Source: Pristiophorus japonicus
Taxonomy: Eukaryota
Length of the DNA stretch: 64,000 bases
Direction of reading: 5' to 3'
Assembly: GCF_044704955.1 (NCBI RefSeq)
Contig: NC_091999.1
Location: 9,920,001 to 9,984,000 of the forward strand
The position numbers and the translations under genes were made by a program. The notes beneath the pieces were generated by a model that was not told the DNA's origin, searched no databases, and saw only the letters and a program-made list of their open reading frames with translations. Each line of letters starts with the position of its first letter. The first letter of the stretch is position 1. Shown in pieces: positions 50,461 to 61,489 of the stretch.

Positions 50461-53004
50461 CTGCAGATTTAAAGCGGGAGATTGTTACTTATTTGGCTGC
50501 TGTGTACCTGGGGACACTTATCAATCAGAAGACTGGCCCAGCCACTCGCGGCTATGTGCTTCTTCATTTGAAGCCTGTTCGAACAATATTCACTGTAATG
50601 AGCAAACGGTGGGAGGGCGCGCTGAGTAGAAATTTATTTACGCAGTCAGCCGTTATGACCTGGAAATACACAGCCTGAAAGGATGGTGGGAGCAGATACA
50701 ATCATAACTTTTAACAGGAAATGTTATAAATACTGGAAAAGGAACATTTGGCAGGCTATGGGGAAAGTTCGGGACGAGTGGGAATAATTGAATTGTTCCC
50801 TCAAAAAGCCAGCACAGACAAGATGGGCCGAATGGCCTCCTTCTCTGTGGTATGATTCCATGATTTCTATTAAAGTTGTGTTTCTATTATTCTTGGTCAA
50901 AGACAAACCCGAACAAAATAACAGTCCGTTCTCCTCACTGAGATAACAACATTCCAATGATGTTTGACCGAGAGTAACCCAGCTGTGTTATATCTCTGCA
51001 CACAGCAAGATGCAGCAGAAAACAATGAGATTCATCAGCTCCAATTCATCCGAGCTGACTCTGTAAACGTTCGGGTCAAAGGTCAGACTTTTACTGCAGT
51101 TTAACATTCATGGGAGCTCCTGTCGGCCGCTCGCTCTATTTGTCTCTATTCTTCCATCATGGGGACCCCCTTTGCTCGAATTCACTTTAATTTGAATTAT
51201 TTACTGTCTGTTTCATTTTATATCTTCATCTAGGTCACTCACTTTGTGCTATTTGTGGTATTTCTTCAGGCTGAGAACCTGTCGCACAGTCTCTCAGTTG
51301 TCGGTTGGGTTCAGTCTGTGCAGTTTCCACAGTGATTTTACTGTTACTCGCTGGCAACTGGCTGTTCCGGCTCTCTGGCAATTTCAATTCCGTCAGCCCA
51401 TTGACTGATTCTCTCCAATTTACTCCAGGGGGAGTTTTCTCTCAATTTTACATCATACAGAACCTGCAGAAAAGGTTCAGTCTAATTGATCTGAGCCGAT
51501 GTTCATATTCTACAATAGCATCCTCCGACTCCAATTACCTCGTCCCACACAGAAACCTGTGCCCTTCCATTCCTTTCTCCCTCGTATATTTTTCAAGACT
51601 CAATTTAAACGCATCAACGCTAGCTGCTCCAACCACTCCATGGGGCAGCGCATTGCCCATTCTGACGTATCTCTGTGTAAATAAATGCTTCCTAATGTCT
51701 TTATTTGTTCTGTTAGTGACTATTGTATATTTGTGACCCCTTGTCCTGGACTCATCCACGATGGAAATAGTTTCTCCACGTGGTTCTAAATGGACTTTTC
51801 TCCGGTCTGTACTTGTTACCTCCGGAGTTCCCGTTCTCTTCTCCTCTGTAAGAAGAATAGAACTTCGCTCTCACTCGCTCACTGCCCAGTGTTATTTCCA
51901 TTAATAGTAGCCAGGCATACAGGTAAATCGCTGCAATCCAATCTCTCAAATATGAATATTAAATATTACATAGAATTAAATAGCACATGCAGAGTAAAAA
52001 CAGGCCATTTGCCCCCACCAGTCCATGCCGACGTTTATGACCCTCACGAGCCTGCTCCCATACTAATTTACCTCACCCTATTAGAGTATCCTTCTATACC
52101 TTTCTCCCAAATGTGCTTATCGCGCTTCCCATTAAAGTAATTAATACTGTCCAAACTCTCCCTGTGGTAGCGAGATCCACATTCTCACGACTCTCTAAGT
52201 AGCTAAGTTTCTGCTGAATTCCCTATTAGATTGTTTATAAATAGGAAACAATTACAGCGTCTGCAGTTAGAAACTATTACATTCCCACTTAAACGGGAAA
52301 GGAGGAGGGATAATGATTGTTTACATAAAAGCAATTGGAATAAATGTGAGATACAATACAACTAATTTCAGTCACTGAGTGTCCAAATATGAAATGCATT
52401 CTAGACCTACAATCGGATCTCTTGTATCCCCGCCATGCTGTGCTCCAGTTTGTTTGCTCAATGGAGATATCGGTTGGACCACTGCAGGTATCTGATAGGC
52501 CACTGTAGTGTTGCGATGAATCTCCCGGTTCCTCGTTCACACTGCGTGGAATCACCTGCCCAGGAAGGAACTCAACGATCCCTTCGCCTCCTCAAATGGA
52601 CACGCAGAGCTCCCTCAGTCACAGTTAAACGCAAGAGCGGAGGCCGCAGTGTCGTTAATCTGCGCTCATTTAAACCAGTTGTGGTTCAGAGTGAGAGGCC
52701 GGGATGTTCGATGGGATCGCCAGAGCAGCCCGTAAACCAATGATGGTCCAGATGGGGCCAACTCCCACCCCACGCCAGACTGCCTGTTTCGTGGGATTTC
52801 ACATCTCCTCTCTCCGGACTTACATCTGGACATGGCCTGGTTCATATGCTGCAGGCGAATCTACAACTGTAATGAACCACCCCTTTAGAAAACCGCTCTG
52901 TTTTACTTTGAAGGGGATTGACATGATAACGATCACAATACTAAACTGATGGTGAACATTAACTGGGACAGTGTGTAACACCGGCAGGATTTGGAGGCAC
53001 TTAC

Positions 53005-53107
53005 CAGCTGTGACAGTTACCATCGTCGCGGATCCTTCCACAGAACCAAAAACCCACCCACCATCCACCACAGTGAAAGTGCTCCCAATCACTCCTGTAC
53101 AAGAACC
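53005..53107 (-). other. NAR-TCR-type J segment (53068-53005) with 5' 23-RSS (53107-53069)
   Basis: GGTTCTTGT + 23 + CACTGTG, then VDGGWVFGSVEGSATMVTVTA and a phase-1 G|GTAAGT donor. Confidence 0.88.
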
Positions 53108-53415
53108 ACTGACATCTCACTTTGCCGGCGCCACATCAGCAGTCATTCGCCGCTGCCCAATTATTCTAGGGATCAATAAACAATAACCCATAATTCAAAG
53201 TCCCCGTCGGATCAAAATGTTCTTCATGAGAGCTCTGAATAAAATGACCCAGGTACACGGGCCAGTGATGGGTGCTCATATAAACAGAGAAAATATCAAA
53301 GAAAGATAATGAATAGCGGGGAATTACAATACAAATAAATCAGATTATAATGATAATAAGATCAAACCGACAATTCAGGTTTCGGCCCGGAGCATTTATG
53401 TTTTAATTGCACACA

Positions 53416-53443
53416 GGTATTTGCTCAGATTTCTTCCACTGTG
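53416..53443 (-). other. 12-bp RSS 3' of the NAR V
   Basis: CACAGTG + GAAGAAATCTGA (12 nt) + GCAAATACC; there is no nonamer at the 23-nt position. Confidence 0.85.
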
Positions 53444-53915
53444 AGGTCCTGGTAGTCAGCTTTACAGTAATAGGTGGCACTGTCTTCAACTCGCAGATCC
53501 CCAATGTTCAGCCAAAATGTATTTTCTACGTTATTCGTCCTCACATGAAGTCGTCCTCTGCTCGAGATCCGCCCCCGCTCTGTCCTGATCTGGGTTTGTC
53601 TGAAGACATGGCCATATTTAAATAATCCAATGAATCACCACAGTAAATGCAGATGATGGTGAGTAACTGGCAATCCTTCCTGGTCATCGCTGGCGGGGAC
53701 TGCGTCACTGAACGACTGAAAGAGGGTGGAAATTAAATAGATAGAGTTTAATGGGCTATCTGAGCCGAACCGCATAACGGGGCTAAAAGGCAGACAGTGT
53801 GCACAATTCGGATGGAGACGGGCAGTTTTATATTAAATACACATAATATGGATTTGTTTGAAAAGTACTCATAGGGTAAACAGACACACTGGCTGAAAAT
53901 AAGGCGTATTCCCAT
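53444..53915 (-). pseudogene. IgNAR-like (NAR-TCR) V pseudogene (leader 53915-53873, V about 53725-53444)
   Basis: SVTQSPPAMTRKDCQLLTIICIYCGD, frameshift, then YGHVFRQTQ...RISSRGRLHVRTNNVENTFWLNIGDLRVEDSATYYCKA. It has the short VNAR FR2-CDR2 deletion and an FR1 Cys. Leader MGIRLIFSQCVCLP has its donor mutated to AT; TATA-like motif at about 53941-53947. Confidence 0.87.
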
Positions 53916-55899
53916 CGTTCTGCTACCTGGAGCTGATGGCTTATATGACAGGGAACTGGAGACTGAAGTCCCAGACTGCTCTGGGAGGCTGTATCTCAGC
54001 GCTGGACTGAGATACTTTGGATGATCGAGTTAATTAGCACAGTGCAGTGCCCCGGAGATCATTGATCCTTCGCAAGCTCCGCGAATCTCTGGCTGTGTGT
54101 TGCGTGAATAACCCACAGGTTTAAAGATTAACCTGCGTTACATTGGGTCTCTGAGCCCGAGTTAAAGGCCCCTCCCACATTAGTTTAATGTATAGGGGGG
54201 AGTTATTCTGTCATCAGAGGACGCTGTCTGCCTTTGTCCAAGAGTTAATGAGCTGAGAGGCCAGTTCATGTGTTTTATTGGGTGGTGTTTGTTGAGGGTG
54301 GAATGTGGTCGCAGAACACCGGGAGAGGCCTCACTCTTAATGCAATATTGCCGGGGATTTTTTAACCTACTCTGAACGGGCTGGCGGGACCTTGGTTAAA
54401 TGTTTGATCGAAGGACTGTGCATAAAACCCTGCACCAATCCCTCAGTCCAACGACTGGATGTCAGTTTCGAACATGAGACATCCCAGTGACATTTTCAAC
54501 ATACAGGGAGATACATACAATACATACAAGTAATAAACTCTCCCTAAACAAATACTTCCTGAATCATCCCCTTCTGTGTTTTGCATTTAAAATTGTATTT
54601 CAATTAAGTATTGATTTGTTTTAGATCTGTAATATTCTGAGTTGCGAGTTGCAGTGACAGAGAATGAAGCGACACTCGGAAGGTCAATGGACATTGGGAC
54701 AACTCTGTGCGTGTGGGTTGTTTTAAAGAGCACCATCACTACTTCATGAAATCTGTTCATTGTCTGTGAACTCTCTCTGACCCAGCTCTGATCAAATAAA
54801 CCCTGTGTACAGGCCGCGATCAAAGGGTCCGGGAGACTGATAAGGAATTTGTGTGAATGGCTGCACAATATTGCAGGCACGGAAAGGGCATAAAAGAACA
54901 ACAGGGCCACAGATGGATTGTACTTCAGAAAAACATGACGAAAAAATTGTCACATAAACATGGCCGACAGTACATAGCACAGAGATAGCAGACAAAACGT
55001 CACATAATAATGGCCGACTGTACATCACACGAGCATTGCCGACTGTGCATAATACAAATATGGCCGACAGCAAGTCCCATAAAGAGAGATGACTAATTGT
55101 CACATAAACATGGCCGACTGTAATTAAGACAATCATGGCGGTGGTTTGACCTGCAGTGGATGATGCCACAAAGCTTTCCGCACGTCACGCTAGTTACTCA
55201 CAGATTTTTAATGTTAAGGGTTGTTTTTCTCGCAGTATTTTCTATTTAACTTTCGAGTCACCCACTGATGGTGTTAGACAGAGGCTGGAATCCCGCAACG
55301 CCGGTTGTGCTGCAGCAGGGTCAGAATGTCCATCAGGTTCTCGAACTCGCATCCACTTAAGAGTAACATCTGAAAAGAACACACACAAAGTATTTGCTTC
55401 ATATGTGTGTGTGTGTGCGTGTGTGTATGTGTATGCGTGTGTGTCGGGGGGGGGCGGTGCGCATCAAACACAACATTCTTAATGTGTGCAAATGCATTCT
55501 ACAAAGATAAATTATGATTGTCACCAATTATGTTTCAGCATTTCATGTTTTTGCTCAACATCTGATGCAGATCTTTTAATATCTTTAACATTTATTGATG
55601 ACACCGTTTTCTTGAATGCTCTTGGTGACAAAGAGACGTCACGCTGACCATTCCTTTACTAAGGCAAGCCTGTCTGTCCAAAGTATTCAGTTCGAAAGGG
55701 GATTAAATCAAACAGAAGGTAGTGAGCAGCTACGCAGCAGTCTCTGCGTCTCATTGTCATATGATCACCTCAGCATCACACAGAAGTTTCTGATATACAC
55801 TGCAAGTGCATCATGCTTTGTGAAACTTAAGGTAAAAAAAGAAAATGTAGGTATACATGACATGCTTCTAAAATGTCCACATTGCAATATATGTGCGCA

Positions 55900-56147
55900 T
55901 TCGGTCTGTGCAGCAGAGCAGGTCTCCAGTCGTCCTGGTTAACCCTTGCCACTGGATAAAGACCTAGCTCTTTCAAGCCTATGTGGTGGCTGATGTATAA
56001 CGGTCACCGCACGTTAAAAAAATTCACGCACAGGCATCTTCAACCCCCTCAATTGGAGTTCAGGACTGGAATATCGGGTCTTTCATTGGAACACCTGTGA
56101 ACACATGTGGAAGCAAGTCAGCCTCTCGAGGGACCGCCTATGATGAA
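55900..56147 (+). mobile_element. Short RTE-related element
   Basis: Ends GTGGAAGCAAGTC...GAGGGACCGCCTATGATG, like the RTE 3' end at about 22400-22450. Confidence 0.6.
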
Positions 56148-56169
56148 AATGTCTCATCAACCTCTCCCA

Positions 56170-56700
56170 GACAAGTTACCGTATGGTTGAGATATAGAGT
56201 AAAGCTCCCTCTAAAATTTCCCGTCAATCACTCCCAGACCAGGTACAGCACGGGGTTAGATACAGAGTAATGCTCCCGCTGCACTGTCTCATCAAATCCT
56301 ACAGTGCAGGTACAGCACAGTTTAAATAGAGAGTACAGCCCCATGTACACTGTCCCATCAAACACTCCCAGGGAAAGTACAGCACGGGTTATATACAGAG
56401 TAAAGCTCCCTGTACACTGTCCCATCAAACACTCCCAGGGCAGGTAAAGCACGGGTGACCACAGAGTAAAGCTTCCTCTACACTGTCCCATCAAACGCTC
56501 CCAGGGCAGGTATAGCACAGTTTAGACACCGAGTAATGCTCTCTCTACACTATCCTATCAAACACTCCCAGGGCAGGTACAGCACTGGGTTAGATACAGA
56601 ATAAAGCTCCCTCTACACTGTCCCATCAAACACTCCCAGGGCAGGTACAGCATGGGTTAGATACAGAGTAAAGCTTCCTCTGCACGGTTCCATCAAGTTT
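56170..56700. repeat. ~62-bp tandem repeat array, about 8 copies
   Basis: Unit CACTCCCAGGGCAGGTACAGCACGGGTTAGATACAGAGTAAAGCTCCCTCTACACTGTCCCATCAAA. Confidence 0.9.
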
Positions 56701-57163
56701 CCATTGGCACGGGCCAATTCGCGATATTAACTGTTTTAATAGACTACTCTCCTAATTCTATTGGTAATTGCACTGACTAAACCCTTTGGTTCCCGAGGTG
56801 ATGTACTTAATGGCAAGCTAGATGATTCCAGGTGGGAAAAGGAATGGAAGGATATGTAATTAGGGTCGGATGAGATAAGTTGGATGAGGCTCCTGTGGAC
56901 CATAAACACCAGCATTGGCCAATTGGGCCGAATGGTCTATTTCTTTGATGTAAATTCTAAATGATTGTGCAATCGAACTCTTCAAGCGGCCAGACAGAAG
57001 GACTGCACCCCCTCTGCTCCAGGCTGGATAACCGGACAGGTCACAAATGGGAAAAGGGAATCCTTTAAAATTGAGCGCAAAGACATTTCTCTCACTTCTA
57101 ACCGCTGGTTTCATTGTCTCTGGAATTTCCAGTTAATTGAACTTTATTGTAACCGTTCTTCAG

Positions 57164-57560
57164 CGAAACACCCGCAGGAACGGTCTGTCTCTGTCCTCCT
57201 TTCCTCGGCAGAAGAATTCTCTGCTCAGAGGAACGTCACCCTCACCTGTTTAATGAAAGATTTCTCCGCCCCCCCACCCCCGAGAGATCTTCATCAAATG
57301 GAGCGTCAATCACAAGCCGGTGGATTCCGTCAACTACAAGAACACCGAGGTGATGGTGGAGAACGGCAGCAGCTCCTTCTTCATGTACAACCTGTGATCC
57401 ATTGCAGCGGACGAGTGGGCCAGCGGCGCTTCTTACTCCTGTGTGGACATGAAGCGATGGCCTTGAAGATGATCAACAAACGGTTAATAAATCCAGCTCA
57501 AAACCGAGATTAGTAAACATTATCTTGTTCTGATGGACACCCTCAATTATTAACAATTAG
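57164..57560 (+). pseudogene. IGHM: IgM heavy-chain C-mu4 plus secretory tail, pseudo-exon
   Basis: [33 protein letters not shown]...[11 protein letters not shown]...SIAADEWASGASYSCV..HEAM.LKMIN...NKSS.KP..VNI.LVLMDT matches shark C-mu4. It carries frameshifts and a stop; AATAAA at 57600-57605. Confidence 0.92.
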
Positions 57561-59373
57561 AATCCCTCGATTGCAATTTCAGTTTAGTAAATATAAACCA
57601 ATAAAGCCCGTTTCTTCCATCCATGAGTTAAGCACACAGCTGCTAAATTAATTTTGTTTCCCAGTTTGATAAGTCAGACAGTTTGTCTGTTTATCTGAAG
57701 CAGGACACTTGCCTTTCTTGTGTCCAAGGTTTGTACAGTAAGAGCTCCCAGTTCAAATACACCACGGGTTAGGGAGACTGTGAAAATCATTCCTGACAGG
57801 ATTCTACAAAGTAATTTCAGAAACTTTCCTCCCGATGCCGGAATCTGAAAAGTTCCCATTTCTGACAAACAAACACAGCATAGTTAAATCTCAGTGTCCC
57901 TTTTCTCGTGTTGTTCACCCATCATAATTCGAGCATTTATTATTTTGCAGCATCGCATATTCTGGGAACTGAAATGAGGGCCACACACGAATACGAACTG
58001 TACCTCCCACACCTCCACTAGAAGAGGGGAAATGGCAATTGTGAACCCACTGTACCACCCACTCCTCCATTAGAGAGAGAGAGAGAGTAATGGGTAACTG
58101 TTAACCCTCTGTACTTCACACTCGCTCACCAGAGAGAGGGGTATTGAACCACCTCTATTAAATGGTATTTTTTGCTATCACTCAAAAGTCAACTTCTAAC
58201 TCACTGTCCAAAAACATTAAACTTGCCGCATGCGAATCATACCGTAAAAAATATTTACTTAATATATTATTGTTAACTAGTTTTGGGGTTGAATATGCCC
58301 CTATTGTTCATAAACTAACCGATTGAATTTTAATAGTCCAATTATGAATTGGTGATTACATTCTCTGCGGGTTCTTGCCGCTTCTGTCCCTGATGTTCCT
58401 GACGCCCAAAGATTGATTTTTTTCTATTCCAATGGTTGGCGTCACTTTGCTTCTCACACAGAACACCTTTGCACAAGTGGGCGAGACTGCGTGTAAAATT
58501 CAGTGGGTGCGTGTTTAAATACATATAATTTCATGTAAACAAAAAGACACTTAAACAATCGACACAAAGACTTACACATAAATATATCCAAACTTACCGA
58601 AATAAATGTGCAGATACACATAAATTCAGTTATTTCGAATTGCATATAAACACATACTTTTACTCATCAACACATACATCGAAATACAAACACAGACTAA
58701 ACCACAACAAGAGATCATCACACACAGATATGAAAACACTAAATCACACAAAAGACACCAAGCTATTGAAGATTGTAGAATTAAAATGCGCTTTTGTTCA
58801 GGACACATTCTCTAACGGTTGTTCCGATTAAATAATTCCTGATACCATAACCTCTAACATGTTTCTATTGCGACCTACACCGGCACTGAATCAATCTTTT
58901 TGTTTGAAACTAATATACGTTAATCATGTTCAGAGCTTTGTCTATTAGAATTAAATAAACAAGATTATAACTCACATCTTGTCTTTTACCGAGTCCACTT
59001 GAAAATCTCCAAATAAGTATTTATCTAAACCTATCGTTAAAATAATTATCAGTTAGTGAAGCTCCCTCGATATTTCATCATATTATTCCCGAATGATAGA
59101 TCGTAAGAAATTGATTCAAAATCAACTGGCTTGTGATATTGAAGCAAAACTCATATTTTCCAACATACGAGGATCATAAAGATAGAGCGACTGTGGAGTT
59201 AGGAACACCGATAGCTTGCTGAGAGTGATTAACTTAACACAGGACATACATTGAAAATTAAATTAGAGAACAAACTAATACCTTAAGGAAAGGAAAATTG
59301 AATATATAATAATAACATGATATCTTGGATTAATAAAGAATCAGAATATATTTCCACCTCTACATCCCCGTAG

Positions 59374-59510
59374 ATTCCTCAGACCACATCTTGATTGAAG
59401 ACTGTGAGGAAGGGAGCGGCAACATCTGAACAAGTGCTTCCATATTAATTATCCTTTTCTTCCTGAGCATTTCCGACAACGCTGCCGTCAATCTGGTAAA
59501 GGTTAAATGA
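59374..59510 (+). pseudogene. IGHM: IgM transmembrane exon, pseudo
   Basis: CCCCGTAG acceptor; DSSDHILIEDCEEGSGNI*TSASILIILFFLSISDNAAVNLVKVK* (W->stop); AATAAA at 59708-59713. Confidence 0.9.
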
Positions 59511-60409
59511 TTCAATCCAGTCACAATTCGATCTGACTGAAGCGGTTGAAAAAACTCGATAAGTTTCATTGATAAAAACCGAGATAAATGCCCCAAACCA
59601 CTAAATTTCTGCTTCATTCTTTTACTCCTTTTACAGGGCAAGGGAAAATTGAATTTCTGCCGCAGTGGATTTTCCTCCTCTGTTTAGCAACATCTTTGTG
59701 TCATGAAAATAAAATATTTCTTCTTGGTGATTCTCAGAGTCAAATGTCTTCAGTTAATAGATTCTAATCTGTGGCTGAGAAAATCATAACTGGAATTTCC
59801 GTATTTCTGTTTGAAATGTGTGAGATAATCATGCCTATAATGTAAATGTATCTTCGAGTTTCACAGTTGTTTGAATATTTCATGTGTAATAATCACTTTT
59901 CTCGATCTTGATTCACATTTGTTTCCTTCCCTTTTTGTTGAGCACCTGCTTTCAATCCCTGGTGTGTGCTACAGTTGTAGAGGCAGCTGGGAGCTCAGAC
60001 CACCTGTGTTCTGATCTCAACGTGACACTCAGTTGTTGTATTCAATTTGTGTTAATTTTTTAAAAACGTCTCTGAAAAATGTAGTCTGTTACATTGTTAA
60101 TAAATCTGGAATGACAAATGGACTAACGTAGACTATGCTGAATTCCCTTCTCCTACACTTAACCACACCACTCCATTTTCCCTGTAGTAATCTGGAGTTG
60201 ACATTATTAAAAACGCGCCCTCTATTGGCGACACTCGCTAAGGCATGTTCTGCAGTTACGATAGCATCCATCATCTCTGGCAGTATTTGACTAAATCCAA
60301 AAGTTTCTTCAGCTAACACAGTTGTATATGGTGTATTTTGGAAGTTATAACAAATTGGCGACAAGGATGGGATCCTGATAAACAGTGAAAACATCCACCA
60401 GTTGTCCAG

Positions 60410-60925
60410 CATGAATACTTTCAGGAACATCGGGGAATTTAGATCCGAAAAGGAACCGTGGCCTTTTTATGTGGAATGATTGAAACAGTTTTTGAGGGAA
60501 ACGATGTGCAGACAGCACGTAAGCAGAGAGTTATTCTGTTAAGTGACACATAGAGTCTAATATAGAGCCTTGTACAGCAGCTAAGCTAGGGAATAAGATT
60601 TTTGTCGAACTTATCAAGCTCGCTAAGGATCAGTTCAACCCACGGCCATCAATTATCTTACAGAGATACAAGTCTAATTCTCGAATTCGGCAACATGGAG
60701 AGTCAACCGCAGATGTTATTGCTGTATAACGCCGCATAGCACAACACTGTGACTATGGGGACATATTGAATGATATGTTGCGAGATCACTTAGTATGTGA
60801 CATTACTGATGACCATGTACTATTGTTAGAGTCATCACTGGATTTCAGGAAAGCGTGGGAAATCGCTCAGGCTACGGAGATGGCCGAGAAAAATGCCATG
60901 GACATAAAAAGGAACTCTGAAGCAG
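60410..60925 (+). mobile_element. Gypsy LTR retrotransposon gag fragment
   Basis: FNPRPSIILQRYK...RQHGES...CDYGDILNDMLRDHLVC. Confidence 0.75.
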
Positions 60926-61058
60926 TGGGTCCTACAGTGGTTTCTTTGTGTCTGTTTTGTTAGGAACAGAGGAGGCTAATTGAAGTGTGCACCATTCTGA
61001 GGGGCCTGGATAGAGTCGCTAGGATGGAACTGTTTCCTTGGCAGAGGAGTCAACCTTT

Positions 61059-61485
61059 ATGTCCCGAATAAAGTCATGTGATTGAGTACTGTAGATGTGA
61101 GTAAGTGTGAGCTTAGTCTCTTTATTGTAACTCCAGAGTGCTGCTACAGCATGGGAGGTCTGTTTATATACAGTGCTCCGAAGGGATGTTGGGACCCCTT
61201 GGGACTCCAAAAGATACGCCCTCTGGTGGCGGTAGACTGCTAGTTACATAGGGTTGCATACATAATATCACTCCCTCCCAAAGTCAATAGTACATTTATT
61301 TACAGAGTGAGACGATCTTGGGCTTTTCGCTCCCTAGTCAATCGTCTCAGTACAAGTGCAGGTGCAGGTGAGTTGGTTGGTTCTTCACTGGGCTGCTCCG
61401 TGGCTGGCCTTGTTAGGCTGCGGGGCTGATGAGTTCAGCTTCGCGGTCAACCGTGATGTCAGTTGCCACTTGTGTGTGTGTCGGA
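61059..61485 (-). mobile_element. Probable Gypsy LTR plus adjacent internal 3' end
   Basis: A TG...CA-bounded unit of about 210 bp, adjoined by CTCCCTCCC (a polypurine tract on the minus strand). Confidence 0.5.
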
Positions 61486-61489
61486 GGAA

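Noticed and set aside
51240-51465. Minus-strand exon-like stretch with C...W...C spacing resembling an Ig C1 domain between the NAR J and the supporting V
   Set aside because: The acceptor and first Cys come from an adjacent CR1/SINE tail, there are two stops, and the C1 motifs are not convincing.
53108-53415. Expected D segment between the NAR V and J
   Set aside because: No CACAGTG/CACTGTG-like pair with correctly spaced nonamers was found by eye.
55616-55835. ORF ending ...LSY...KFLIY...CFVKLK|GT, reminiscent of a TCR or Ig TM exon
   Set aside because: It is not hydrophobic enough, the motif spacing is off, and there is no associated C exon.
56170-56700. Regular repeat array resembling CRISPR
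   Set aside because: The units are head-to-tail with no unique spacers; it is a eukaryotic minisatellite.
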